Shown: positions 29,416 through 46,614, numbered from the stretch's first letter. The stretch: 64,000 nucleotides of DNA from the human T2T-CHM13v2.0 reference genome, Homo sapiens (GCF_009914755.1 NC_060928.1), one strand, 5' to 3'. Numbers and translations are program-made. The notes: generated by a model not told the origin, from the letters alone.

Positions 29416-31612
29416 AATTTTATTTTTTGAAGGCGTAACAGGCTTTCTCCCTAGAACAGTGATTTTCAAAGTGGAGCGCACAAGTAAATATTAGAACTTG
29501 TAGATATTAATTTAATCTAATAATAAGAAGACAGTTGGCTTTGCCAACTTTTGATATATGGATTGAGAGTGGTGCTCTCCTTTGGTCCATGAAGCTTTTT
29601 CATGAACAATGTGTATGGTGTTGGGAAAATGTAAGGGTTTTGCCAGGTAGAAGGTGGATAGTGATCCTGACCTCGAGAGCTCATTCACCTCCAGTGAAAT
29701 ACAGGATGTTCCAGTTTATGCCTTTGCAAGAAATTTCACAGGTTATATTACCAGGCTTTAATGAAACAAATCTTCAAAAAATGGACAAGTTTCTTAAAAA
29801 TATTCCTATAAATAAACTTCATATTAAAGAGAATTTTAGTAATTTTACTACAAAGAACAAGAAAACACCTCCTCTCCTTCTAGTACAGACTCTCTGTCAG
29901 TCAGAATAATGGTTTGATCTGACCAAAAGGGGCCAAAACACCTGAAACAATTACAACAATCTGAAATATTAATCTATTGTTATTAGTAGTGCTACCACAC
30001 TTTGTCCCATTTGTTTTCTATTGGGTTTACTGTGCTTTTGTGAGCTATATTTTCTAGCTGTAAACAAACAGCTATAAATCCATTAAAACCACATATTGAA
30101 ATAAACTGAACTCAGTAGCAAACCTTTGAACTACTATGTCATAAATTGAGAAACCAAGGTTTTTTGAAAAACCAAGTTGTAATCAATGCATTGCTTATAT
30201 CAAAATTAATATTAATTATTTAAAAGGGCAAATTCATGTAGTAAAGTCTTAAAATAAATCTATGCTACCCCTACAATACTACTATTTACTTGTTTGGTCA
30301 GTTCAGGGCAAAAACTGTGAAGGTAAGTTTTGATTTTAGTATCCCCCTCCCCACTGGCACCCAGGTTTGATGAGTGCCCTTTCCCTCCCCGCCTAACCTC
30401 CTTTACCCATGCTCCTCCCCATCCACCCCACATAAGCTGCCTCCTGATGGCAGTCCTTCTTATCCCACTGAGTGGCTGTGGATGACAACAGCAATTCTCA
30501 GTGACCTCTAAAATACGTCCTTTCCTGTCCTGCTCAGGAGAGTGGAAATTGACAGTACCTAGGGAAATCTTTAAAACTCTGCATAGGAGGCAATTCCAAG
30601 ATCGCCGAACAGGAACAGCTCCAGTCTACAGCTCTCAGTGTGAGCAACGCAGAAGACGGGTGATTTCTGCATTTCCAACTGAGATACTGGGTTCATCTCA
30701 CTGGGGCTTGTCAGACGGTGGGTGCAGGACAGTGGTTGCAGTGCACCAAGCATGAGCCAAAGCAGGGCGAGGCATTGCCTCACCAGGGAAGCTCAAGGGG
30801 TGAGGGAATTCCCTTTCCTAGCCAAGTGAAGCTGTGACAGACGGCACCTGGAAAATTGGGTCACTCCCACTCTAATACTGTGCTTTTCCAATGGTCTTAG
30901 CAAAGGCACACCAGGAGATGATATCCTGCGCCTGGCTCAGAGGGTTCCACGCCCATGGAGCCTCACTCATTGCTAGCACAGCAGTCTGAGTTCAAACTGC
31001 AAGGCAGCAGCGAGCCTGGAGAAGGGGCACCTGCCATTGCTGAGGCTCGGGTAGGTAAACAAAGCAGCTGGGAAGCTCGAACTGGGTGGAGCCCACTGCA
31101 GCTCAAGGATGCCTGCCTGCCTCTGTAGACTCCACCTCTGGGGGCAGGGCATAGCTGAACAAAAGGCAGCAGAAACCTCTGCAGACTTAAATGTCCCTGT
31201 CTGACAGCTTTGAAGAGAGTAGTGGTTCTCCCAGCACGGAGTTTGAGATCTGAGAACGGACAGACTGCCTCCTCAAGTGGGTCCCTGACCCCCGAGTAGC
31301 CTAACTGGGAGGCACCCCCCAGTAGGGGCAAACTGACACCTCACACGTCCAGGTACCCCTGTGAGATGAAGCTTCTAGAGGAACGATCAGGCAGGAACAT
31401 TTGCTGTTCAGCAATATTCGCTGTTCTGCAGCCTCCGCTGCTGATACCCAGGCAAACAGGGTCTGGAGTGGACCTCCAGCAAACTCCAACAGACCTGCAA
31501 CTAAGGGTCCTCACTGTTAGAAGAAAAACTAACAAACAGAAAGGACATCCACACCAAAACCGCATCTGTATGTCACCATCATCAAAGACCAAAGGTAGAT
31601 AAAACCACAAAG

Positions 31613-32627
31613 ATGGGGAAAAAACAGAGCAGAAAAGCTGAAAATTCTAAAAATCAGAGCGCCTCTCCCCCTCTAAAGGAACGCAGCTCCTCACCAGCAA
31701 TGGAACAAAGCTGGATGGAGAATGATTTTGACGAATTGAGAGAAGAAGACTTCAGACAATCAAACTTCTCTGAGCTGAAGGACGAAGTTCGAACCCATTG
31801 CAAAGAAGCTAAAAACCTTGAAAAAAGATTAGATGAATGGCTAACTAGAATAACCAATGCAGAGAAGTCCTTAAATGACCTGATGGAGCTGAAAACCATG
31901 GCACAAGAACTATGTGATGAATGCACAACCTTCAGTAGCTGATTCAATCAACTGGAAGAAAGGGTATCAGTGATTGAAGATAAAATGAATGAAATGAAGT
32001 GAGAAGAGAAGTTTAGAGAAAAATGAGTAAAAAGAAATGAACAAAGCCTCCAAGAAATATGGGACTATGTGAAAAGACCAAATCTACGTCTGATTGGTGT
32101 ACCTGAAAGTGACAGGGAGAATGGAACCAAGTTGGAAAACACTCTACAGGATATTATCCAGGAGAACTTCCCCAATCTAGCAAGGCAGGCCAACATTCAG
32201 ATTCAGGAAATACAGAGAATGCCAAAGAGATACTCTTCGAGAAGAGCAACTCCAAGACACATAATTTTCAGATTCACCAAAGTTGAAATGAAGGAAAAAA
32301 TGTTAAGGGCAGCCAGAGAGAAAGGTCGGGTTACCCACAAAGGGAAGCCCGTCAGACTAACAGCGGATCTGTTGGCAGAAACTCTACAAGCCAGAAGAGA
32401 GTGGGGGCCAATATTCAACATTCTTAAAGAAAAGAATTTTCAACCCAGAATTTCATATCCAGCCAAACTAAGCTTCATAAGTGAAGGAGAAATAAAATAC
32501 TTTACAGACAAGTAAAGGCTGAGAGATTTTGTCACCACCAGGCCTGTCCTACAAGAGCTCCTGAAGGAAGCACTAAACATGGAAAGGAACAACCAGTACC
32601 AGGCACTGCAAAACATGCCAAATTGTA
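31613..32627 (+). pseudogene. L1 ORF1p remnant
   Basis: MGKKQSRKAENSKNQSASPP... and RPNLRLIGVPE...ARREWGPIF..YPAKLS; premature stops at 31940-31942 and 32513-32515. Confidence 0.95.
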
Positions 32628-32691
32628 AAGACCATCAAGGCTAGGAAGAAACTGCATCAACTAACGAGCAAAATAACCAGCTAACATCATA

Positions 32692-36950
<4,259 letters not shown>

Positions 36951-38544
36951 ACACGAAAGGGGAACATCACACACCGGGGCCTGTTGTGGGGTCGGGGGGC
37001 GGGGGAGGGATAGCATTAGGAGATATACCTAATGTAAATGACGAGTTAATGGGTGCAGCACACCAACATGGCACATGTATACATATGTAACAATCCTGCA
37101 AGGTGTGCACATGTACCCTAGAACTTAAAGTATAAAAAAAAAAAGAATCCAAAGAGAAAAAATGAAATAAAATAAAACTGCGTAGCCACTGACTCCCGAA
37201 TCCCACGTTTAGGAATTGATCATAAGGAAATTCTTATAGTAGGCTAGAAGTTTTAACTTCAAGGGTATCACCTAATACAGAAAAATTAGAAACTACTTAA
37301 ATATATATGTATATAACAATATACAGGCTTAAATTTTGGTACTTCTATCTAATGGGTATTACCCAGCCATGGGAATCATTCCATAGAAGAACATTTAGTG
37401 GTGAAGCTATTTGTGATATACAGCATTTAGGGTAGAAAGCAAGATATAAAAATATTTACCTTATTCAATTATTAGAATGAATATGAATGAGATAATGGCT
37501 GGAAAGTTATGCATGAGAACACTAAGGATCATGACCCTTTGCTTAGAGTATAATTGACGATTTTTAATTTCATATTTGTTCTTATCTTGATTCCTTACAT
37601 TTTCTAGAAGAAATGTAACATATTGCTTTTGTAATTAGGAAAAATAAGTTTTTGAAAAAAATGGCCTCATTCCCTGTTCTCTGTCCTCCTTCAAAGATAG
37701 AGAAGTTGAGCTGATTAGGAAAATCAGAGCTTCCGGTGAGGTCATTATTGACTGCAAATGGTCAGGATCCCTGATATTCAGGCCCCTTCACATGTAAGCT
37801 AGAACCTTTTATCACAGCAGAGGGAAGGGCAGTGAGCACCGACCCTCCAGCAATAGTTACTGTCAGGGCCAAGCATCCATCCAAGCTCTTGGGACACAGC
37901 AGTGACCAATTTGATGTTTCTGGCCTCAGGAATTTTTACATTCTAGTGAGCAAAGACAGTTATAAATAAACAAATAAATATATAATGTGTAAGGTGAAGT
38001 AGCATCGATGGAAAAAAACATAGCAGGTTAAGAAGGCAGAATAATTGGTCGTGTGATGTGCATGCATTTGTGGGCCACATTAGACAGGGAGACGACAGAG
38101 AAGTGAACTCTGGTAAGCTTGCATTTGAGCAGACACCTGTAAGAAATGAGGGATGGACCCATGCGGTTTTCTGGCCATCCAGGTTGAGGAAATGGTCAGT
38201 CCTGAGGCAGAAGAGAGCATGTGAGGTTTGAGGAACAGGTGGGAGGTCTGCAGTACTGGAGAGGGAGCAAGAATTGAGAGTGTCAGAAGGCTCCATCAGG
38301 CAGGCATGCAGGGGTGAGATCACAAAGAGTCTTGGGGGTCATGGGAAGGGCTTTGGATTTTATTCTGTCGTCAGACACTCCTGGAGGGCTTAGAGCAGGA
38401 ACATGACATGATATGATTTAAGTTCTAAAATAATTGCCCTGACGGCTGTGGGAATAATGGACTGTGGATTTGCAGGGGTGAAACAAGAAGCCCAGTTATA
38501 GTAATAGTGTCATTGTTCAATCAAAACATGACAGTGAATTATCA

Positions 38545-39495
38545 CAGGATCCATCAATTCTACTTCTAGGTATTATATACCCGAAAGAATTGAAAGTAGG
38601 GACTCAGTTCCTTTATACTTGTACAACAGTGGTCATAGCAGCATTATTCACAATAGCCAAAAGGTGGAAACAACCCAGGCATCTGCCAACAGATGAATGG
38701 ATAAAGAAAATGTGGTATAGGCTTATAGTAGAATATTCTTGAGCCTTAAAATGGAAGGAAATTCTGGCACATGCTACAACATGGATGGACCTTTAAAACA
38801 TTATTCTAAGTGAAATAAGCTGATCACAAACAGACAAAATATTGTATGATTCAACTGATATGAGGCACCTAGAATAGTCAGATTCATAAAGAGAAAGTAG
38901 AGTAGAGGTTACCAGAAGTTGGAGGGTTGGGCTGTGGGAAGGGGTCAGGGATGGGGAGTTACTTTAAATGGGTACAGAGTTTTTGTTTAGGATGATGTAT
39001 TAGTCCGTTCTCATGCTGCTAATAAAGACCTACCCAAGACTGGGTAATTTATAAAGGAAAGAGGTTTAATTGACTCACAGTTCAGCATGACTGGGGAGGC
39101 CTCAGGAAACTTACAATCATGGCGGAAGGGGAAGCAAACACATTCCTCTTTACATGGTGCCAGCAAGGAGAAGTGCCAAGCAAAAGGGGGAAAAGCTCCT
39201 TATAAAACCATCAGATCTCATGAGAACTCACTCACTGTCATGAGAACAGCAGCATGGGAGTTACTGCCCCCATGATTCAATTACCTCCCACCAGATCTCT
39301 CAAATGACATGGGGGGATTATGGGAACTACAGTTCAAGATGAGATTTGGGTGGCGACACAGCCAAACCATATCAGATAATGAAAAAGTTCTGGAAATTGA
39401 TAGTGGTGATGGTTGTAGCACTCTGTGAATGTACTTAATTATACACTTAAGAATGGTTAAGATGGTAAAATTTATGTATATTTTGACACAATTAA
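38545..39495 (+). mobile_element. L1MB 3' end, split by THE1
   Basis: AAGAATTGAAAGTAGGGACTCA, GAAATTCTGGCACATGCTACAACATGGATG, GATAGTGGTGATGGTTGTA. Confidence 0.85.
38996..39374 (-). mobile_element. THE1 (MaLR) solo LTR
   Basis: TGTATTAGTCCGTTCTCATGCTGCTAATAAAGAC...CCAAACCATATCA; 5-bp TSD GATGA/GATAA. Confidence 0.93.
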
Positions 39496-41591
39496 TGGTT
39501 AATTCACTGGTAAAAAATATAGCAGTGGCTTGAACTAAGAGGCAGAGGAGGAGGTGGTAGGAAGTGTTGAATTTTGGATATGTTTTGAAGGTTGAGCCAA
39601 CGGGATTTTCTGATGGTTTAGATTTTTATGTGGGAGAACAAGAAAGGAATCAGTGATAATACCAGGTTGGTGAGCTTGAGCAACTAGAGGCATGGAGTTG
39701 CTGTTTCCTGAGATGGAGGAGACTTTGGGAGCAGACGGTAAGGGAAGCAAGGAGGTTTAGTTTCAGACTTACTAAATTTGAGATGCTTATAAGACATCCA
39801 GATGAAGATGGTGAGTTATCCATATACTAATCACTGGTCCATCCAGCCAGGCCTTTCCTTGGTGAATTCATCTGGATCTTGCCACAAGAAGTCACATTAC
39901 AGGGTTTGTTATTTAAAATACATCAATTATCTAAATTATATCAGATTTTATTTGAGCATATCATATGAAACACAAAAACAATCAGATACATAAATAAATA
40001 AGTAAATAAAATAGAGCAAGTCAGCTTTCCAGGATAATCAAGAAGGAGCTATGGTGTTTTGGTGATTATTCCTAACATAGAATTTGTGGCTGTGTAATCT
40101 GGGGCAAATTGTACTTTTGAAATAAGTACATTTCGTTCATTATCTTTTATCATGAGGTGACCCTAATTCACTTGGTGCTTCAGATAATATTTAATCAAGA
40201 ATCTCAGAGTCACCCTGATCTCTCTTACCTGACAAATTATGGTAATATAGAACTCAAATCTAACCCAAGCTCAAAGTTGTTAAATACTTTTAATTTTCAT
40301 CTGTGTTTTGTGTTGGAAAATAATTTTAATATTAAAGGACAGCTGTAGACTGCTAATGACTTGAATACAGTTTGACTGTTTTCATAAAGTGCTCTGTGGG
40401 ATGTCAGAATATTTAATTCAGGATGTTAAAAACATCCCAAAATGTCACAATAATTATATCACAGCAGGCAATTAAAACACTGGAAAATGCCAACTGACTA
40501 AGAGTGTTCCTTGTTATTTAGGAAACGATTAAGAACCTGACATATAAAGTAAAAAACACTGGTTATAACTTTCTCTTTCAATAGACAATTTCTTCATCTT
40601 CTATGAAATTGACACTTGATACAGTCAGGGTCATGCTAAAAATGCAGCTTAAGGAGGCACCACGGATGAGGTTTCCATGTGATCTTTAACTTTATAATAT
40701 CTATATTCACACATTGTAAAAAACATTGTTTGGTTTTACATATCATACCATATGTGCTGCAATACCCTCCACACAATGGCTGTGTTAATTATATCTTATG
40801 TTGGCAGCCTTAATTAATCTGATTTTACCATCTTAAATTATGGGCAATGGAATTATTTCCTCATTTTTCAAATTGTACTTTTGTAAATCCTGATGGATTA
40901 ACGATGTAACACTGAAGACCAGGGGCAGTGTTTTCATAATCCCCGAGGATTAGAGTGTCATTCTCAGTGGGGATGTTAAGAACTGACTATGATGAGCTGC
41001 AAGGGAATATATTCAGGCAGAGTGAGGTACAGAAAACCAAGGGTACCAAAGTCCCAAGAGTTCAAATGCAATTACAGGCGTGTGGTTATCTCGAGTGTAA
41101 GTGAACAATTTGCTCATGCAGTTGTAACATTTGGAAGGACTGTGTTTATGGACAAAGAACCTGTGAAGCTGCATTTTAAACCTGAAACCGCATTTTGGGG
41201 AAGTATGGCCAAGTTTAAAATGGGTCACCTGAGGGTTAAATACTATTTTTAAGTAACACACTTAAGCAGGACTTGTTAGGATATATAATTAGCATCATAG
41301 CATTCACAGAGAGCAAGAATGATTACAACCAGCATTTATTTTTGATTTATGGGAAATATCACGGAAAACAATTGCCCTGACTGTAAGAAATACATATAAT
41401 TAAATATGTTAATGTCATAGAGCTCCTAACATGAGGTCCAGCAAAGAGTAGTTGTTTAAAACATTTACTTCCTACTTTCCTTTGTGAATACACACATCAC
41501 CATAAGGAACTATGGTGTAGAGGGCTAAGCATCAAAAGATGAATAGACTAGGGAGAAGAGGAAGACAATGTCTTAGAATAATGTCCAAACA

Positions 41592-43011
41592 CAGCAGCAT
41601 ATTTCAGTATTTATACAATTTGGGGGGTCTTCTTTAAGAAAAATAACACAAAATTATCACTTCAAAAATCAGGAACAAAAGTATTTAATTAAGAATGAGA
41701 AAAGAAAACACAATAATTAACAATTAAAAATTCTGACAAATACCACAAGTATCTCGAAATCAAGAAAAATAATATTTTATTTTTATTATTTATCTATCTG
41801 CCACACCACTAGGATACCTTTTTTCTTCATTTTTAAACTGCATACTTTTTTATTATGTTTTCATATGACAATGATTTATAACATTTTTCTATAGAATGTG
41901 GGATATAGGTTGATAATTCAATCTTTTCTTTTATGTGGTAATCAAAATATGATTTTTTAACATGATTGACTTTTTAAAGAAAAGTTTCAACTTCACAACT
42001 CATTATTTATATGCTGTGTAGTTATTTAAGACTGTTGACAAATTTGGGCTCTACTAAGCTTCTTCCAAATATGAGTTGTAAGATTTCAGGGCATTTCAGA
42101 ATTTTTTGTGCAGTGATGAATCTTCAGTGTTGGCAGAATTAATGACATGCAGTAAGTAATTTGTCACTGATAACTCCTTTGCAGTGGAATATTAAAAGTT
42201 AACTGTCATCTTTGTTGACACGAGAATTTCATGTCAAATCAGCAAGAAATGTAAGCCTTTTCTCAATGCGTTCACATTATTCACTCTTCTTTATTAATTA
42301 GATGAAATATCTAAGAGCCTATTCATTACCTCTATTCAAAATTTATTTCTTCTTCTTAATCATTTCGTTTGGTATGATCTGAAAGCTTCTTGTCACAATT
42401 TGCTTTCCAATATCAGAATAAGTTGTTGAATTCATTCCCTATCTTTATTGCTTTTATTTCATACTTATTTTAATCTGAAATTTATCAGTTATTTAAAAAA
42501 TAATTTAAAAGTGATAAGAAATGGTAGCCTTCCTATGTACCCAAATGAGGAGTAATTCCTCACTTGTTTTATGTAAATATTTTTCTAAGTGGCAATAAAA
42601 ATTGTGCATTTGAAATTTGTCAAACGTCATTCTCATCAAAAAAAGAAAAAAGGTAAAAAGGTCTTTCTTACGTTGAGATGTCTTGCAATAAATTCACATA
42701 CTTGGAAATTTTGGTGAACACCAAACCCAAACTAAATATATAGCCAACTCTTCCCTTAGCTAGATCCCAAAACATGCCCTAGCCACTCCACCACCAGCTG
42801 ACACTAGAGGAGGTTTGAAGGAGGGGAATTCAGAGTGGAATGGACAGCTGTCTTTACCACTTATATTGAAAGTGTTTTCCTTTTCTAAAATTTTAAAAAT
42901 ATGAGACTATGCGAACACCTTGCTAGGGCCCCTCTCAGGGCCTTGGAAGGATTCCATGGAAGTGGGGCCTTGAAACTGAAGCTTCATTAGTTTTAATGTG
43001 ATTCTGCCCTT
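41592..43011. mobile_element. Zaphod/MER115-like hAT-Tip100 DNA transposon
   Basis: TTATACAATTTGGGGGGTCTTCTTTAAGAAAA near the left end; GGGCCCCTCTCAGGGCCTTGGAAGG...GAAGCTTCATTAG...TTCTGCCCTTG at the right end. Confidence 0.7.
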
Positions 43012-43569
43012 GTTTAAACTTCTGAGTATAGTTATTATAAATGGCTTCTGCTAACTTCTCTTATCACTTTCTTCCCTTGCTTTCTCTGGCTGAGCCTCAC
43101 TCAATTTCCTTCAGTTCCTTGACTCTACCATGCTCTGTCTTACCCTGGGGCATTCACCAGAGCTATCCCTGTCTGGCTAAATATTCATCCTCCGTCTGTC
43201 ACTTGAGAAGTCCCTTAGCTTTTCATGATGACCCATGTCTATCTCCTTTATTTACTCTTATGGTATAGTATATTAATACTAGTAATAATAATACTAACAA
43301 ATAATTGATGGTCCCATGGTATGGTGTCATAATAATAACAATCACAAATCTGTGTTGTATCTAGTGATTTAGTGTGCATATGCTCTGTCATTTGCATTCA
43401 TTGCTAGAGGTCAGCTTGTGAGAGAAGGGACTTTGTCTTTCTCCTCTCTATTGTAATTCCACCTTCAGGTACGTTTCTGGAATATTCAATAAATATTTCT
43501 GGAAATGTCAAATGGAGGAGATAGAGTTTTCCAGGCTGAGGGAATAGTAACAACAAGAGTGTAAGCTTA

Positions 43570-43820
43570 AAAGGCAGTATAGTATTTGGGAGTCTAAGCT
43601 CTGGAGTCAGACTTCTGGGGTTTCATTCCCAGCCCATCAGCTGCATGAACTTGGTCAAATTACTTAACATTTCTGTCTCAGTTTCCTCACGTGTGAAATG
43701 GGGATAACAGTAGTATCTACCTCATATGGGCTCTGAAAATTAAATAAGTGAAGATGTGTGAAGTGTTTAGAAAAATGTCTGATACATAGTAAGCACCCAG
43801 TGGATGTTAGTTATTATGAA
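43570..43820 (+). mobile_element. MIR
   Basis: CTCTGGAGTCAGAC...CTCAGTTTCCTCACGTGTGAAATGGGGATAA. Confidence 0.85.
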
Positions 43821-44469
43821 AATTTATAGCTTCATCCCTGTCAAAAAGTTTACCTGTTTTAAACGAATCACCTTTCAGCTTTCACATCAAGCCATCATTT
43901 ATAAGATATGAGGTCAGGTTTGAGCTAAAAAGACTTTAGAGATCATCACTCCAATCTCTTCATTTAACAGAGGAGGAAATTTAGTGGACAGAATATTAAA
44001 TGGATTTTCCTTTAGTAATCTGGCTTTAGAATTCATCTTAATATGCTCAAGGCTGGATGTTGCTTGGAAGACTATTCCTTGTCTCTCCAAAGATTTTTCT
44101 GAAGGAAAGTCTGGTCCTGGCACTCCAGGTCCTGCCAGATCAAGCTGGTGGCGATGGCAAGTTTAGAACCAGAGGCTCGGTGATGCATGGTTGGAAGTGA
44201 CATGAGTGTTGAGGTGGTTGAGCTGCTCCCCTAGAGATGGTGGTTGTGTTTTGCTGTTGGATGAGTTGTCACCTGCCTCAGTGACTCTATACTGCCCATT
44301 ATATTTATCAATCTGGGTACTAAGGTTCTGGAATAGCAGAAACAGCTTGACAACAGACTTGTGTCTTGTGATGCAGCCTATACTGTTTTATTCAGATGCC
44401 AGAGGCTGATGCAATGGCTGAAAAACTATCAAACTGATCCTGGATTTTGGCTGTTAGCCTCTAGGTCAA

Positions 44470-44610
44470 AAAGCCACATGAATGTTGCTTGTGGTTTACT
44501 TTCACATGCTTTCACTATTAACAGTATATTAATAATAGTTATTAAAATAGTTTAATATTTAATAATATTAAAGCCACATGAATGTCACATATGGTTTACT
44601 TCCACATGCT
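44470..44610 (+). repeat. 41-bp direct repeat, two copies, 100-bp period, AT-rich spacer
   Basis: 44470-44510 versus 44570-44610 are 36/41 identical. Confidence 0.9.
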
Positions 44611-45101
44611 GAGACCCTCTAAATCAGAGGTGGTCAGTGTCTCTGTGGAATTTGAAACAGGCAAATGGAATCTGGAACACTGAGTATCTCAGGGTTTACA
44701 GCTCACGTTCTTAGGGGGATAATACACGCACAGAGTTAAAAAGAAACAGTGCTTTCTGAAATGTTTGGCTTGGGTGGCTGGCTTTAGAATTCATCCTAAT
44801 GCACTGTAACTATTTGGCATGTCTTGTAAGATGTTGCTTACGCAAATAGCAGGAGTCCCAATTCATATATAATTTGGTTAGGAGGATTGCTTATCATTTC
44901 TGCTCAAAGTAAGTAATAGGGCCTTAATTAAAAATATGGATTTAGTATATCTCTTAACAATAACTTTAAAGGACTCTAGCTCAGTAATTTGAAACAGAAA
45001 AGATTGGTTGAGAAATACAGAATGGACAACAAGGAGTTAACTCTATTTTACTAAACTCATATTTATATACCCAGAACACTGCAAATACTACAAAGATAAA
45101 T

Positions 45102-45128
45102 GATAGATAGATAGATAGATAGATAGAT
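45102..45128 (+). repeat. (GATA)n microsatellite
   Basis: About 6.5 GATA units. Confidence 0.9.
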
Positions 45129-45242
45129 CAATTAATAGAACCAGGATAAGGGTCTGGGTCTGGTTTTAAACTATCTTCAGAGTGCTAGTTGGTAGACCAT
45201 GACTTTATCAGAGAAGCTAATATAGTGCCTGCTATTTTATTT

Positions 45243-45330
45243 ATTTATTTTTAAAATTTATTTATTTATTTTTTATTATACTTTAAGTTCTAGGGTACAT
45301 GTGCACTGGGACACAGGGTGGGGAACATCA
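45243..45330 (-). mobile_element. Very short L1PA insertion with 5' inversion
   Basis: T-rich tail plus TATACTTTAAGTTCTAGGGTACATGTGCAC (antisense), joined to a sense 3'UTR piece TGGGACACAGGGTGGGGAACATCA; TSD TATAGTG(C/A)CTGCTATTTTATTT. Confidence 0.88.
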
Positions 45331-46311
45331 TATAGTGACTGCTATTTTATTTCAACTCTGCTCATTTAAGTTAAATATATTAAAAATATATTTGTTGAAC
45401 ACATTATGTGATAGAAGCTGCACTGTGTCAATTATTGTGAATGTAAGGATAACTAAGGTGTGGTTCTTGTCTTCAAGCAGTTTACCTTTGAAAGGAGCTG
45501 GTAGAGGTTCTGTGACCTGAGCCAGATAGGGATTATTTGAGGTTTCCTTTTTAAATTGTTCTTTTTACTTTCATGTTGAATCATATCCTTCACTGGACTA
45601 GTTGCTTATTGGTGTCAGAATTTTTTTTTTTTCTCATTGTAGAGCAAGTTCAGTTGGTTAGAGGTCAACTTTTAACCACCAGTTAGAATTCAACTACTAT
45701 CTATTTATTGCATTCGCTTATTTCTGTTCCCACTTGCTATTGCACAAATATAAGCCATGCAGGAAATGATAAAGTGAGAAGATGCTCCAAATAATGCCTT
45801 TTCCCCGTGATTGCTTGTGAACACTTTGTGCTTTGCTGAGGTGGGAAGGTGTGTTATAGTCCACTCTGGTTTGGAGCAGGAAAAGATACACGCTCAAGGC
45901 TGGGTGTTGCCTGGAAGACTACTCCCTGTCTCTCTAAAGTTTTTTTTTTTTGGAGTGTTTCCTGTCTCCAATAAGCAGTTAAATTCCTTCTGAAATAGAT
46001 AACATTTAATAGTAAGAACTTTTCCTTGTGAAAAAGTGCTATACTTGTAGGCCTTTCCTGTTTAAAGTCTTATGCATTTTGTCTGTAGGTTACACCTAAA
46101 CAAAATAATATTTTTATTTTGGTGTGTGAAGGCTGACTCATGACTACGAAGACTAGGTGAGTAATTTTGTTTGCTTACAGTCCCAAGTATTTTTGCAAAA
46201 TTCCCACACTTATACCACAGGGCTGTGTGTGGCTGTGTATATGTACATTTAAATTTTATGTTTTATTTTATGTACTTTTTTAACCACATAGAAGAGAGCT
46301 TTGATTCTTTT

Positions 46312-46614
46312 TCTTTTTTTTTTTTTTTTTTTGAAACAGAGTCTTGCTCTGTTGCCCAGGCTGGAGTGCAGTGGCATGATCTCGGCTTGCTGCAACCTCC
46401 GTCTCCTGGGTTCAAGCACTTCTCCCGCCTCAGCCTCCTGTGTAGCTGGCATTACAGGTGTGTGCCACCACACCTGGCTAATTTTTGTATTTTTAGTAGA
46501 GACAGGGTTTCACCATGTTGGCCAGGCTGTTCTCAAACTCCTGACCTCAAATGATCCACCTGCCTCGGCCTCCCGAAGTGTTGGGATTACAGGTGTAAGC
46601 CACCGTCCCTGGCC
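46312..46614 (-). mobile_element. AluSx-like
   Basis: Full dimer; TSD AGCTTTGATTCTTTT at 46297-46311 and 46615-46629. Confidence 0.96.

Larger units (their letters stand above)
37880..39830 (-). mobile_element. L2 interrupted by L1MB and THE1
   Basis: GCATTTGAGCAGACACCTG, GGGCTTTGGATTTTATTCTG, TTTTGGATATGTTTTGAAGGTTGAGCCAAC. Confidence 0.7.

Noticed and set aside
29535-29909. 124-aa ORF in apparently unique DNA
   Set aside because: Non-ATG start and no recognisable domain; the NLQKMDKFL stretch only faintly resembles L1 ORF2 NLEEMDKFL.
36976-37009. G-quadruplex-like G tracts (also ~60708-60742)
   Set aside because: Standard L1 3'UTR G-rich tract, not novel.
44470-44610. CRISPR-like repeat-spacer-repeat
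   Set aside because: Only two diverged repeats, a low-complexity spacer, no cas genes, and a primate genomic context.
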